From: Chrysemys picta bellii
Taxonomy: Eukaryota
DNA: 64,000 nucleotides
Reading direction: 5' to 3'
NCBI RefSeq assembly: GCF_011386835.1
Contig: NC_088812.1
Coordinates: 3,782,001-3,846,000 of the forward strand
Part shown: positions 22,283 through 34,287 of the stretch, piece by piece
Layout of the letters: the number at the start of each line of letters is the position of its first letter
Position numbering within the stretch: position 1 is the stretch's first letter
The notes under the pieces: model-generated
Databases searched by the model: none
What the model saw: only the letters and a program-made list of their open reading frames with translations
What the model was told of the DNA's origin: nothing
Position numbers and translations under genes: made by a program

Positions 22283-22498
22283 GTGGGGGCAGGGGACAGC
22301 CGAGGGGGTAGGGTGGGGGTAGGGCCGAGGGGGCCCAGGGGGGTGTGGGGGAAGGTGAGGGGCACTTACAGGAGGTTGGGGGGGATCCAGGCCAGCAGGG
22401 GCTGCGGGAGAGTCCAGTAGTAACTGGACTTGTGGAGGTTTAGGGGGTAGATCTGGGGGGGGGGGCAGCTGGACCCCACTGACTCCCCTCCCCCCCAG

Positions 22499-22602
22499 CA
22501 CTGCTACGTTCTGCGTAACTTCTCCTCCCTGCGAGCTGTGATCTCCGCCCTGCAGTCCAGCCCTGTGCACCGGCTCAAGAGGACCTGGGCTGCCGTGAGC
22601 CG
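22499..22602 (+). CDS. RGL3: RGL3 exon 7 ([35 protein letters not shown])
   Basis: NFSSLRA..SALQS.P..RLKR.W CDC25 motif. Confidence 0.96.
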
Positions 22603-23131
22603 GTGAGAGCTGGGGGGCTGAATGGAGGGGGCGGGGGGAGAAGCGCAGGGGGCGGGGGCTGTCTGGCGGTGGAGAGCAGCAGCTCTCATGCCCTGCCCCC
22701 CTTTGGCTTGGCGGGGTGAGTTTGGCTTCATGCAATCTGACCAGTGCCCCCCAAAGGCATGGCTGGGATGGCCAGAGCTAATCCAGGAAGTCCCGCCTTC
22801 TAGAGGGTGGGACTTGCCCCCAAGAGCCAATGCTCTTGGGTTGGGGCTCACGGTGGGGAGTGGGGTCCAGAGGGTCCCGGTGACCCTGGAGGGGGTTCTA
22901 TGGGCGGGGTCAGGGCATGCTGGGGAAGCTGCCAGGATGGGGTTCAGTGGGTGGGGGGTGGAACAGGAATGGGGGGGGTGAGAGGATCGGGGTGCCGGGG
23001 TGGGGATAGTGTCAGGAGGGTGCAGGAACCAGGAATAGGTGGGTGCAGGGATTGGGGGTTGAGGTTTGGGGGAGCTGGGGGTGGGGATTGGGGGTTGAGG
23101 TTTGGGGGAGCTGGGGGTGGGGATAGGGGGT

Positions 23132-23731
23132 TGTCAGGGTTCCCTCCCCACTCTGAACTCTGGGGTACAGATGTGGGGACCCGCATGAAAGACCCCCTAC
23201 GCTTATTTCTACCAGCTTAGGTTAAAAACTCCCCAAGGCACAAATTCCACCTTGAACCTTGGATTAGGTAAACGCTGCCACCACCAAGTGATTCAAACAA
23301 AGAATCAAGGGTCACTTGGAGTCCTATTTCCCCAAAATATCCCCCCAGCCCCTTCACCCCCTTTCCTGGGAGGCTTGAGAATAAACAAGATGAGCACAGA
23401 CCAGCTCTGGCTTTTTAGGACACTAAAAACCCCAATCAGATTCTTAAAAAAATCCCAGAACTTTATTAGAAAGAAAAAAGGTGAAAGACGCACCTCTGTA
23501 AAATGAGAATGGAAGATAATCTCACAGGCAGTCAGATTCAAAACACAGAGGGTTTCCCTCTGGGCAAAACTTTAGTTACAAAAAGAAAAACCAGGGATTA
23601 CCGCCCCCCCCCCCCATTTGAAAGTTTCTTGTCCCCTTATACAGGTAAAAGGATTTTGTGCCTCTGGCCAGGAGGGATTTTATAGGACTGTATACAGGAA
23701 GGTTGTTACCCTTCCCTTTATATTTATGACT
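23132..23731. mobile_element. Solo LTR-like element (~600 bp, AT-richer than its flanks)
   Basis: Ends TGTCA...ATGAC, internal AATAAA, sharp compositional boundaries; no clear TSD. Confidence 0.6.
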
Positions 23732-24015
23732 GGAGCTGAATATTGGGGGTTCCGGGGCGGGGGACGGAGATCAGGGGCTGAGGATTGGAGATGCCGGGGG
23801 TGGGGATTGGGGATTGAGGTTTGGGGGTAGGAGGGCTGATGGGGACGGGGATCGGGAGTGCCGGGGCTGAGGATTGAGGGTGCGGGGCCGATGGGGATGG
23901 GGATCGGGGGCTGAGGATTGGGGGTGTGGGGGCCAATGGGGACAGGGTTCAGGGGTGCCAGGATGGAGATTGGGGGTGCATGCATGGACAGAGCTCTGTC
24001 TTGGTCCCCCCCCAG

Positions 24016-24100
24016 GGACACCATGGGCGTCTTCTGGAAGCTCTCGCAGATCTTCTCCGACGACAAGAACCATCTGAGCTGCCGGGAAATCCTGCTGCAG
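24016..24100 (+). CDS. RGL3: RGL3 exon 8 (DTMGVFWKLSQIFSDDKNHLSCREILLQ)
   Basis: KLSQIFSD.NNHLS.REIL as in human. Confidence 0.96.
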
Positions 24101-24390
24101 GTACCTGGCGCTGGGGCCATGCTATGGGGCGCTGTGCCCCAGGGAGCGGGGCGGGGGGGGCTCAGCAGGGGGTGCTGTGCTGGAGGGGCTCGGTGAAAGG
24201 TGGGGGGCTTGCTGGGGGTGCTATGCTGCAGGGGGCAGGAGGGTCACTGGGGAATGTCATGCTGCAGGGGCAGGATGGGGGGGCGCCGGGGGCACTGTGC
24301 CCCCGGCAGTGGGATTTTGCTCCGTATACCGGAGGCTCCCGTCAATGATTTCTTTCCGCTGGGCCCTGCTGGTCCTGTCCCTCTGCACAG

Positions 24391-24483
24391 GGCGACGCTG
24401 CCCAGAGCGTCCCCGAGGGAGCCCCCAGCCCCCGTGTCGCCCGCAAAGCGACTCCGAAACTGAATCCCCCGGAGAAGCCAGTG
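24391..24483 (+). CDS. RGL3: RGL3 exon 9 (GDAAQSVPEGAPSPRVARKATPKLNPPEKPV)
   Basis: Good polypyrimidine acceptor and GTGAGT donor; 93 nt, phase 0/0; low-conservation linker. Confidence 0.75.
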
Positions 24484-24968
24484 GTGAGTGATGGGACCAC
24501 GGCCAGGGTCTAGGGCCTTGAGTTGCTGCGAGTTGGGAGTGAGGGGCACCTGCCGGGCTGTGGGGGGCAGGGCTGGGCTCGCAGGGGCTGTGGATTGGGA
24601 CTGAGGGGCACCGGCAGAGCTTGGGGGGCAGGGAGGGATAACAGGGGCTGCGAGTCGGGAGTGAGGGGCACCGGCAGAGGTGGGGGAGGGGTGCTCAGTG
24701 CTGGGGCACCTGCTGGGCTGTGGGTGGGGACTGGGGGCCACTGGCAGAGCTCGGGGTGGGGGGTGGGGAGGGATAACGGGGCTGTGGGTTGGGAGTGAGG
24801 GGCACTGGCAGAGCTGTGTGGGGAGCTCAGGGCAGGGCTAACAGGCTGTGGGTGGGGACTGGGGAGCACTGGCAGAGCTCGGGGTGGGGAGGAATAACGG
24901 GGGCCGCGAGTCGGGAGTGAGGGGCACTGGCAGAGCCATGTGGGTGACCTGGACCCTCCCCCCTCCAG

Positions 24969-25055
24969 GCGCCGCCCCCGGGCACTGTACCGTACCTTGG
25001 CACCTTCTTGACGGATCTGGTGATGCTGGACACGGCGTTGCCGGATTTCCTGGAG
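24969..25055 (+). CDS. RGL3: RGL3 exon 10 ([29 protein letters not shown])
   Basis: [20 protein letters not shown] as in human. Confidence 0.97.
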
Positions 25056-25310
25056 GTGAGTCGGGGGGTCTGGAGGTCCCCAGGCTCACGTCATCACTGT
25101 GCCCCCCCCGCGCCCACCTCAGGGGCCCCCTAGGGCCGAGCTGCCTCTTCCCCCGAGACTCCCAGAGGCTCTTGTGCACATCCTGCCCCCAGGAGCCGGG
25201 ACATCTCCTCTCACAGCTCCCCCAGTGCCAGCCCCTTCCTGGGGTAACCACCTAATGTAAACCCTGAGGGCCCCCAACCCCTCTCATGTTCTCTCTCTGA
25301 TTCCCCCCAG

Positions 25311-25343
25311 GGTGGGCTCATCAACTTTGAAAAGAGGCGGAAG
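25311..25343 (+). CDS. RGL3: RGL3 exon 11 (GGLINFEKRRK)
   Basis: LINFEKRRK motif; 33 nt. Confidence 0.95.
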
Positions 25344-25439
25344 GTGAGTGGGGCGGGGGGCTGGCCGGGATCCTGAGAGAGCAGAGGGGAGTGAGTGGGA
25401 GTCAGGACTCCTGAGATCTCAGAACTGTTGGTGGGAGAA

Positions 25440-27345
25440 ATTGGGGGGATGGGAGGCTGTGGGGAGGGTCAGGGGATGGGAGCTGGGGGGTGATGGGATG
25501 GGGGCTGTGGGGGATGGGGGACAGGAAGCTGGGGGGGTGGATGGGAGGCTGGGTGGATGGGGGGGATGGGAGCTGGGGGGGATGGGGGACAGGAAGCTGC
25601 GGGGGTGGATCGGAGGCTGGGCGGATGGGGGGGATGGGGGCTGTAGGGGATGGGGGACAGGAAGCTGGGGGGGTGGATGGGAGGCTGGGCGGATGGGGGG
25701 GATGGGAGCTGGGGGGGATAGAGGACAGGAGGCCTGTGGTAGCGGGATGAGTGCTGGGAGGCACAGGGAATGGATAGGAGGCTGCGGGGGAGTGGAGGTA
25801 GGGGGGACAGGATGAGGGCTGTGGGGGGACAGGAGGCGGGGTGTACGGGGAGACCAGGAGGATGGGGGGGACGGGAGCTGGGGGGGTGGACGGATGGGGG
25901 GACGGGAGCTGTGGGGGGGGAGGATGGGGGAGACGGGAGCTGGGGGGGGAGGATGGGGAAGATGGGAGCTGTGGGGGGGGAGGATGGCGGAGACGGGAGC
26001 TGTGGGGGTGGGCGGATGGGGGGGACGGGAGCTGGGGGGGAGGATGGGGAAGACGGGAGCTGTGGGGGGGGAGGATGGGGGAGACGGGAGCTGTGAGGGG
26101 GAGGATGGGGGGACGGGAGCTGTGGGGGTGGGCGGATGGGGGGACGGGAGCTGGGGGGGAGGATGGGGGAGATGGGAGCTGTGGGGTGGGAGGATGGGGG
26201 GGACGGGAGCTGTGGGGGTGGACGGATGGGGGGGACGGGAGCTGTGGGGTGGGCGGATGGGGGGGACGGGAGCTGGGGGGGGAGGATGGGGAAGACGGGA
26301 GCTGTGGGGGGGGAGGATGGGGGAGATGGGAGCTGTGCGGGGGAGGATGGGGGGGATGGGAGCTGTGGGGGGGCGGATGGGGAAGACGGGAGCTGTGGGG
26401 GGGCGGATGGGGGGGATGGGAGCTGGGGGGGGAGGATGGGGGAGATGGGAGCTGTGGGGGTGGACGGATGGGGCGGGAGCTGGGGGGGTGGACGGATGGG
26501 GGGGACGGGAGCGGGGGGTGGGAGGATGGGGGAGACGGGAGCTGTGCGGGGGAGGATGGGGGGGGATGGGAGCTGTGGGGGGGCGGATGGGGAGAGGATG
26601 GGGGGGACGGGAGCTGTGGGGTGGTAGGATGGGGGGGCGGATGGGGGGAGGATGGGGGGGATGAGAGCTGTGGGGTGGGAGGATGGGGGGGCGGATGGGG
26701 GGAGGATGTGGGGGACGGGAGCTGTGGGGGGAGAGGATGGGGGGACGGGAGCTGTGGGGAGGGAGGATGGGGGGGACGGGAGCTGTGGGGGTGGGCGGAT
26801 GGGGGGGATGGGAGCTGTGGGGTGGGCGGATGAGGGGGACGGGAGCTGGGGGGGAGAGGATGGGGGAAACGGGAGCTGTGGGGGGGAGGATGGGGGGGCG
26901 GGAGCTGTGGGGGGAGAGGATGGGGGGGACGGGAGCGGGGGCATGGGAGGCGGAAGGCAGAGACGGGAGCTGTGGCGGGGGGCGGATGGGAGGGTTGGGA
27001 GCTGTGGGGAGGGAGGATGGGGCGGGATGGGAGCTGTGGGGAGGGAGGATGGGGGGGATGGGAGCTGTGGGGGTGGGCGGATGGGGGGGATGGGAGCTGT
27101 GAGGGGGAGGATGGGGGGGACGGGAGCTGTGGGGGTGGGCGGATGGGGGGGATGGGAGCTGGGGGGGAGGATGGGGGAGATGGGAGCTGTGGGGTGGGCG
27201 GATGGGGGGGACGGGAGCTGTGGGGGGGAGGATGGGGGGGACGGGAGCGGGGGGTGGGAGGATGGGGGAGACGGGAGCTGTGCGGGGGAGGATGGGGGGG
27301 ATGGGAGCTGTGGGGTGGGCGGATGGGGGGGGACGGGAGCGGGGG
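25440..27345. repeat. Long G-rich minisatellite (GGAGGATGGGGGGACGGGAGCTGTGGG)
   Basis: About 1.9 kb of 28-30-bp units; extreme G/C strand skew. Confidence 0.93.
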
Positions 27346-27370
27346 CCCTGAACCCCGTCTCTGGGCCCAG

Positions 27371-27492
27371 GAGGCAGAGATCCTGTTGCAGATCCAGCAG
27401 CTGCAGGCGTCGTGCGGGGGCCACGCCCTGCACCCCAACCCCGCCGTGCTGGCCGCCTTTCAGCGCCACGCCCGGCTCTCCGAGGAGCAGAG
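27371..27492 (+). CDS. RGL3: RGL3 exon 12 (EAEILLQIQQLQASCGGHALHPNPAVLAAFQRHARLSEEQ)
   Basis: Matches human EWEILARIQQLQ...LTEEQS. Confidence 0.93.
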
Positions 27493-27589
27493 GTACCGCG
27501 GGGGGGGTGTGTGTCTCGGGGGCAGCAGGGGTCGCAGTGGCGGGGCAGGTGGGAGGTGGACAGTGAGCAGGAAGTGCAGTTGGGGGCAG

Positions 27590-28240
27590 GGGAGGGGCAG
27601 TGGGGGGGGGCAGGGGAGAGGCCGGGGGGCAGTAGGGAGGCAGGGGAGGGGGCAGCGAGGAGGGGCAGGAGAGAGGCCGGGGGGCAGTAGGGAGGCAGAG
27701 AGGGGGCAGTGAGGGGGGGGCGGGGAGAGGCTGAGGGGCAGTAAGGAGGTGGGGGAGGGGGCAGTGAGGAGGGACAGGAGAGAGACCGGGGGGCAGTGAG
27801 GGGGCACAGTAGGGAGGCGGGGGAGGGGGAAGTGAGGGGGGGGCAGGAGAGAGGTGGGGGGGCAGTAGGGAGGCGGGGGAGGGAGCAGTGAGGGGGCAGA
27901 AGAGAGGCTGGGGGCAGTAGGGAGGCGGGGGAGGGTGCAGTGAGGGGGCAGGAGAGAGGCCGGGGGGCAGTAGGGAGGAGGGGGAGGGGGCAGTGAGGAG
28001 GGACAGGAGAGAGACCGGGGGGCAGTGAGGGGGGGCAGTAGGGAGGCGGCGGAGGGGGCAGTGAGGGGGGCAGAAGAGAGGCTGGGGGGGCAGTAGGGAG
28101 GTGGGGGAGGGGGCAGTGAGGAGGGACAGGAGAGAGACCGGGAGGCAGTGAGGGGGCACAGTAGGGAGGCGGGGGAGGGGGAAGTGAGGGGGGGCAGGAG
28201 AGAGGCGGGGGGGCAGTAGGGAGGCAGGGGAGGGGGCACT
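27590..28240. repeat. Purine-rich minisatellite (GGGCAGTAGGGAGG...GGGCAGTGAGG)
   Basis: Tandem variable units. Confidence 0.85.
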
Positions 28241-28353
28241 GGGGCATCATGTGGGGAGCTGCCTGGAGCGTCCCCCTCCATGACGGAAGGAGCGAAGTAG
28301 CAGCAGAAGGCGGGGGGACACTCGCTAACCCCCCCAATCCCCTCGCCCCCCAG

Positions 28354-28443
28354 CTACCGGGTCTCCCGGCTCATCGAGCCCCCGGCCGACTCCTGCCCCA
28401 ACTCACCCCGCGTCAAACGCAGCCTCAGCAAACGCTTCAGCTC
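28354..28443 (+). CDS. RGL3: RGL3 exon 13 ([29 protein letters not shown])
   Basis: YRLSRVIEPPAASCPSSPR homology; GTAAGT donor. Confidence 0.94.
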
Positions 28444-29163
28444 GTAAGTCGCCCCCAGCCCCCCACCAGCTCGGGAGTCACCCCCGGCCCCCTCGGTCCC
28501 CCTGCAGCTGGGAGCCCCCATCAGTGCCGTGCTGCGGCCGGGCGGGTGTCTCCGGAGCTCACCTGGGCTCTCCGAAAGGCCGGACGGGTCGATCCCAATG
28601 GCCTGTCCAGCCGCGGCGTCTGTCTGTCTGGGCGTCCGGTCTGCCTCTGAGCAGCCCCCCGCCCCCCGACCTGAGCGACGGTAGCTACGGGAGCCAGGAG
28701 CCCTGCCCAGGCGGTGTGGGAATGGCCCTGGCTGTGCCCAACCTGCCTCAGTTTCCCAGAGGGTTTCCCATCAGCTTCCCGCACCCGCTGTTCAGAGGGA
28801 TCGATCCTGCTCAGCTCCTGGGGGCGCCATGGGGCAGCCCTTGGCCAGGCCTCACTCCCCTCTCCTCTGGAGGTCATTCCCTTGGCACTAGTGACTGGTC
28901 AGGCAGAATCAGTGGGGAAACTGAGGCACACCTAGTGGTCATAAAACTATTACCAGAATTCCCACATTCATGTGGAGGTGGGGGAGGGGCAGGGGGTCCG
29001 TGGGTATTGGGGGGAGGAGGTGGGTGTTGGGGGGCATCTCGCTCTGTGAGGGTGGAATTGGCATCTGGAGAGGGATGGAGATGTCTGGGGGGCAGGTTCT
29101 CCCTTTGGGCCCCCCCGTGCCCTTCCCCTCCTTTCTTGCCCATTCACCCTCATCTCCCCTCAG

Positions 29164-29308
29164 GCTCCTGCTGGGGGCCGAGGCCCTGCCTCCCCGTCTG
29201 CCCTCCGCAAAGGGCAGCATCTCGCCCTCGGGCACCAGCAGCAGCTGCGAAGCCGATGAGGGGCCCAGTTCCCCCTGCTCCCCGGAGATGGGGGGGTCCC
29301 TCGGCAAG
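29164..29308 (+). CDS. RGL3: RGL3 exon 14 (LLLGAEALPPRLPSAKGSISPSGTSSSCEADEGPSSPCSPEMGGSLGK)
   Basis: Phase-compatible (2/0) Ser/Pro-rich linker; CAG|...|GTACCG. Confidence 0.78.
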
Positions 29309-29839
29309 GTACCGCGGGGTGCCGGGGGGAGCTGCCAGGGGGCTCAGACCTGGCTGGAGGTAGCTGGGGATGGGATGGGCTGTCCCAGTGCAAAGGCCTG
29401 TGCCCACTGGGCACCTGTAATTAGAGCAGGGGGAGGGGGGACTGGGAGCCCGGACTCCTGGGTTCTATCCCTGCTCTGGGAGGGGAGTGGGGTGCAGTGG
29501 AGTGGTTAGAGTTAGGGGGGAGGGCGGGACAGGGAGCCCGGACTCCTGGTTCTATCCCCGCTCTGGGAGGGGAGTGGGGTGCAGTGGTTAGAGCAGGGGC
29601 AGGGGGTCTGGGAGCCTGGACTCCTGGGTTCTATTCCCGCTCTGGGAGGGGAGTGGGGTGCAGTGGTTAGAGCAGGGGCAGGGGATCTGGGAGCCCGGAC
29701 TCCTGGGTTCTATCCCCGCTCTGGGCGGGGAGTGGGGTGCAGTGGTTAGAGTTAGGAGGAGGGGGTCTGGGAGCCCGGACTCCTGGGTTCTCTCCCTGCT
29801 CGCTCACCAGCTCCCGTTTCTCCCCCCGCCCCGGCATAG

Positions 29840-30001
29840 AGCCTGCTGGAGCTGCCGTTCAGCACCTGCCCCGCCGAGGAGCCGCCCTCCCCCGTCGCCC
29901 GCTGCCCCTGCTCGCCCCTCTACAACCAGCAGGGGGCGGACTCGTGCATCGTGCGGGTCAGCATGGACAACGCCCACGGCAACCTCTACAAGAGCATCCT
30001 G
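29840..30001 (+). CDS. RGL3: RGL3 exon 15 (...YNQQGADSCIVRVSMDNAHGNLYKSIL), start of RA domain
   Basis: RVS.DN.HGNLY.SIL motif. Confidence 0.94.
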
Positions 30002-30170
30002 GTGAGGGGGGACTGGGGGGGTCCTGCCTCTGGGTGGGGGGCGGGGCCAGGCCCCATCCCCATCTCTGCCCTGTATCCTCCCCATCCTGCATGCTCTGCC
30101 CCTCCCCCACCCCCGCATGTGTTGCCCCCTCCCCCCCACCCTGATCCTGTGCCCCCCTCTGCCCCCCCAG

Positions 30171-30285
30171 TTGACCAGCCAGGACAAGACCCCAGCCGTG
30201 GTGCTGCGCGCCCTCCAGAAACACAGCCTGGAAGGGACCCCGCCTGGAGACTTCCAGCTCCTGCAGCTGCTGGGGGGCGGCAGAG
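30171..30285 (+). CDS. RGL3: RGL3 exon 16 (LTSQDKTPAVVLRALQKHSLE...DFQLLQLLGGGR)
   Basis: LTSQDK.P.VV.RALQKH motif. Confidence 0.95.
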
Positions 30286-30637
30286 GTGAGGGGGCCCTGG
30301 CTGGGACGGGGAGCAGAGGGCTGGGTGGGGGGAGGGGAGGTGTCACGGGGGGGGGGAGAGCACGCTGGGTGGGGGGTGAGGGCATGGGGAGAGGGGAGGT
30401 GTTGGGGGCAGGGCTGGGGTGTTGCTGGAGAAGAGGACCAGGTGGGGGGAGCACCCGGGAGGGGGGTAATCAGGGCATGGGGGGAAGGGAGGTGTCACAG
30501 GTGGGGGGGAAGGTTGGGGGGGATGAGGGCATGGGGGGAGGGGAGATGTTGGGGGAGGGGCAGGGGGAGACAAGGACCAGCTGGGGGGGTCTCCAGTACC
30601 ATTGTGCCCCCCTCACGCTCTCCCCCGACTCCCCCAG

Positions 30638-30900
30638 AGCTGCTGATCCCCGACGGGGCCAACGCCTTCTACGCCATGAATCCAGCCGCCAACTTCGACT
30701 TCGTCCTGCGCCGGAAGGGCCCCCCCAGCCCCCGCCTCCCCCGACCCACCCCTGCCCACAAAGTCCCCACTCCCCTCCCCCCCAGCCCAGCCCTAACCAC
30801 GGAGCCCCCACTCCCCTCCCCCCCAGGGCCTTGCAGCTCGGCCACCCCCCCCACGCTCCCCCCTCTCCTCGCTCCCAGCCCCCAGCTCCCCCCATCCTAG
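30638..30900 (+). CDS. RGL3: RGL3 terminal exon (ELLIPDGANAFYAMNPAANFDFVLRRK + Pro-rich tail)
   Basis: LLIPD.AN.FYAM motif; stop TAG at 30898-30900; tail after RRK less certain. Confidence 0.82.
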
Positions 30901-31431
30901 CACCTCCCCGGCATCTCCCCCCTTATCTTCACCCCAGAGCCCCCTGCTTCATTCCCCAGCCCCCCTCCCCCACTGGCTGCACGTCCAGCTCCTCCCTACA
31001 CCCCCTGTTGGCCCCTCCCCAAGTCGCCAAGACCCTGGGGATCTACACCCCCCCACCCCCCCATCAGGGAAACAGAACCCTCAGCTGGGCTCCCCCAACT
31101 CCCTCCCCCCGGTCAGTCCCTGGGCATGGGCACCCCCCCCCCAGCCTGCCCCCCATCCCGCCCTGCAGCCAGGAGCGCCGAGCGTGCCGGGGGGCACTGG
31201 AGACGCTAGGATCGGCTGTGCTGGGGGCTGGGCTCCCCCCCCCCCGGCTGCCCTGCTCCCGGGAAGAGGGGTTTGGGGGGCAGGTGATTCATGGGGGCCT
31301 GGCTGGGGCCAGCGCTCCTGGGAGAGGTCCCCGCTAAGGGGGTGGGGTCTGTGCTGGGGGTTCCCGCTCTCACTGCTCCCCAGCAATCAGCCGAGGGGGG
31401 CGGGGGGGGGGCTCTGAATCCTGGATGTTCC

Positions 31432-31437
31432 AATAAA
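31432..31437 (+). terminator. Probable RGL3 polyadenylation signal
   Basis: AATAAA ~530 nt after the stop. Confidence 0.6.
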
Positions 31438-32439
31438 CCCCCCTGAGCAGAGCAAACCATGGTCTGATGGTTTGTTCTGCCCCCCCTTCCCCCGCTCGGG
31501 CCCTGGGGGGGATCTGGGACAGGCCTGTTTTAGTAGGGGGTGGAGATGGGGGACAAGTGATTTTGCAGCTGATTGAACCCCCCTCCAGTGGCCACTAGGT
31601 GGCAGCAGCTGCCCCTAGCCCTGGCGGCCTTGGGGGGCCCCCGGCTGGGCAACTGGTGGGGCTCTAGGCTGATGCCTGTTGGGGGTGCTGCTGTGTGGGG
31701 TGGGAAGGGATGGATAGAGGGGGCATGGGGGCAGGCGGGTGCCCCTGGTTGCCGTGACAATGCTGGGGAGATGAGCCTCGCTCTGGGTGAGGGGGGGCTG
31801 CCAGGAGCCCCCAGACGGGGGCAGGGAGGGGGGCGTCGGGGTCTCATTCCCCTCTGCAGCTTTGTGTGTTGGTGGGAGGGGGGGGGTCCTCACTGCAGGA
31901 TCGGGCCCTTTGCAACCCCAGGATCAAGGTGTCTGCAAATCCCCAGCCCAGGATCCGGCCCTTGGCGGATGTGCCCCCCTGCTCCAGAATTGGGCCCTCA
32001 GTCACCCCCCCACCCGCAGGCTGGGGCCTGGAGCTGCATCGGGATCGGCTCTTGGGGGGACGGGGGGGGAGGAGGGGTCGGCTCCTGGGGTCCCACGTCC
32101 CCCTCGCTACGGCTGACGCTGGGGGCTGCTTGCCCAGGACCGCGAGACGCTCGCCCCCAGGCCACTGTGGGGGGAGGAGCGCTCCAGGCTAGGAGGGGGC
32201 GATGGACCCCGGCTGGGAGCCTGAGCCCCAGAGAGGTCCCCAGGGTCCGGCCCTGCCCCAGCTCTGCCAGCAGCGGGACTGGCCCAGCAACCCAGCCACG
32301 ACCCCTCGCAGGGGAGTGGGACTCGGCTCTCCTGCCCCATGGTGGGGGGGGGGAGGGGGGTTAAAACCAAACATCTCACTTTCCTTGGGGGAACCCGAGC
32401 CACCTCCAGGCCCCTTCATGGTGCCAGCCTGGTGGGTGG

Positions 32440-33804
32440 GGGGATGGGGATGGGTGGGGTGGGCCACTGGGGGGAAGGATAGATAGAGGGGGCGTGGGGA
32501 TGGGTGGGGAGAGAGGGACATGGGGGTGAGTGGGTGCCTGTGGGGAGGGACAGACAGGGGGGGGGATGGGTGGGGGGTGGGAAGGCATGGATAGAGGGGG
32601 GCATGGGGCTGTGTTGGGGGCAGGACGGGATGGATAGAGGGGGGCATGGGGCTGGTTGTGGGATGGGAAGGGATGGATAAAGAGGGGCATGGGACGGGCG
32701 GGTGCCCGTGGGGAGGGACAGATGGGGGGGTGGGAAGGGATGGATAAAGGGGGGTGGGCGGGTGCCCATGGGGAGGGACAGATAGGGGGCTGGGTGGGGG
32801 GTGGGAAGGGATGGATAGAAGGGGCATGGGGGTGGGCGGGTGCCCATGGGGAGGGACAGATGGGGGGCATGGGGGCGGGCGGGTGCCCGTGGGGAGGGAC
32901 AGATGGGGGGCTGGGTGGTGGTGGGTGGGAAGGGATGGATAAAGGGGGGCATGGGGGCGGGTGGGTGCCCGTGGGAAGGGACGGATGGGGGGCTGGGTGG
33001 GGGGTGGGAAGGGATGGATAGAGGGGGGCATGGGGCTGGTTGTGGGATGGGAAGGGATGGATAAAGGGGGGCATGGGACGGGCGGGTGCCTGTGGGGAAG
33101 GACACAGAGGGGGGCTGGGTGGGGGGGTGGGAAGGGATGGATAGAGGGGGCATGGGGGCGGGCGGGTGCCCGTGGGGAGGGACAGATGGGGGGGTGGGAA
33201 GGGATGGATAAAGGGGGGTGGGGGTGGGCAGGTGCCCATGGGGAGGGACAGATAGGGGGCTGGGTGGGGGGTGGGAAGGGATGGATAGAAGGGGCATGGG
33301 GGTGGGCGGGTGCCCATGGGGAGGGACAGATGGGGGGCGTGGGGGCGGGTGGGTGCCCGTGGGGAGGGACAGATGGGGGGCTGGGTGGGGGTGGATGGGA
33401 AAGGATGGATAAAGGGGAGTGTGGGGGCAGGTGGGTGCCCGTGGGGAGGGACAGATGGGGGGCTGGGTGGGGGGTGGGAAGGGATGGATAAAGGGGGGCG
33501 TGGGGGCGGGTGGGAAGGGATGGATAGATGGGGGCATGGGGCGGGCGGGTGCCTGTGGAGAGGGATAGATGGGGGGGCTGGGTGGGGGTGGATGGGAAAG
33601 GATGGATAAAGGGGAGTGTGGGGGCGGGTGGGTGCCCGTGGGGAGGGACAGATGGGGGGCTGGGTGGGGGGTGGGAAGGGATGGATAAAGGGGGGCGTGG
33701 GGGCGGGTGGGTGCCCGTGGGGAGGGACAGGTGGGGGGTGGGAAGGGATGGATAGAGGGGGGCATGGGGCGGGCGGGTGCCTGTGGAGAGGGATAGATGG
33801 GGGG
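32440..33804. repeat. G-rich minisatellite (GGGAAGGGATGGATAGAGGGGGCATGGG...GGGTGCCCGTGGGGAGGGACAGATGGGGGG), left part
   Basis: Continues at 37822-38190 on the other side of the LTR element. Confidence 0.9.
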
Positions 33805-34267
33805 TGTGACGAACTGGGCCTGTTCTCACTGTGGTCTGTGGATGCTGACAGGGGAGTGTGCTGGGATAGTCTGCATTGGAGGATGGGATCGGCCCGGGGG
33901 CGCATTCCTGGGAGTGTAACATGAGAACCCAGGAAGGGGTTGAAGGCCAGGTGACTCCTTAGCCCGGGAAACTGAACAAAGGCTGTGGGAGGGGTCGCTG
34001 AAGGCAGTGTGCTGGAAGCGGGCTGGAGAGATGGCTGGGAGACAGAGATGGCTCTGACCCCCCCCCAAAGGGGGGCGGGCTGGGATGCCCTGGGACCCCA
34101 AGCTGGACTTAACTGAGGGGGTCCTGTTGTCTGTGCCTGCAAGACCTGTCTTGGACTGTATTCCTGTCATCCAAATAAACCTTCTGCTTTACTGGCTGGC
34201 TGAGAGTCATGGTGAATCCCAGGAAGCCGGGGGTGCAGGGCCCTGAGTCCCCCTATACTCCGTGACA
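33805..34267 (+). repeat. 5' LTR (463 bp)
   Basis: TGTGACGAAC...CTCCGTGACA; AATAAA near 34174. Confidence 0.95.
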
Positions 34268-34269
34268 AC

Positions 34270-34287
34270 TGGTGGCAGCGGTGGGAT
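34270..34287 (+). other. Primer binding site complementary to tRNA-Leu (AAG/UAG type)
   Basis: TGGTGGCAGCGGTGGGAT is the reverse complement of ...AUCCCACCGCUGCCACCA. Confidence 0.88.

Noticed and set aside
25402-28337. Very long ORFs (678-972 aa, Pro/Ser- or Gly-rich) on both strands
   Set aside because: They are translations of G/C-skewed intronic minisatellites that lack stop codons; they overlap real RGL3 exons in the wrong frame or strand and have no domain content.
28508-28713. Possible extra RGL3 exon (open frame after a CAG)
   Set aside because: Available donors give phase 1 whereas exon 14 needs phase 2; the upstream intron would be only 64 nt; no homology recognised.
31012-31060. 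QVAKTLGIY, faintly like the RALGDS C-terminus, as an alternative RGL3 last exon
   Set aside because: No credible donor in the preceding exon and the similarity is too short.
32189-34142. 577-588 aa Pro/His-rich minus-strand ORFs
   Set aside because: Minisatellite plus antisense LTR read-through; low complexity only.
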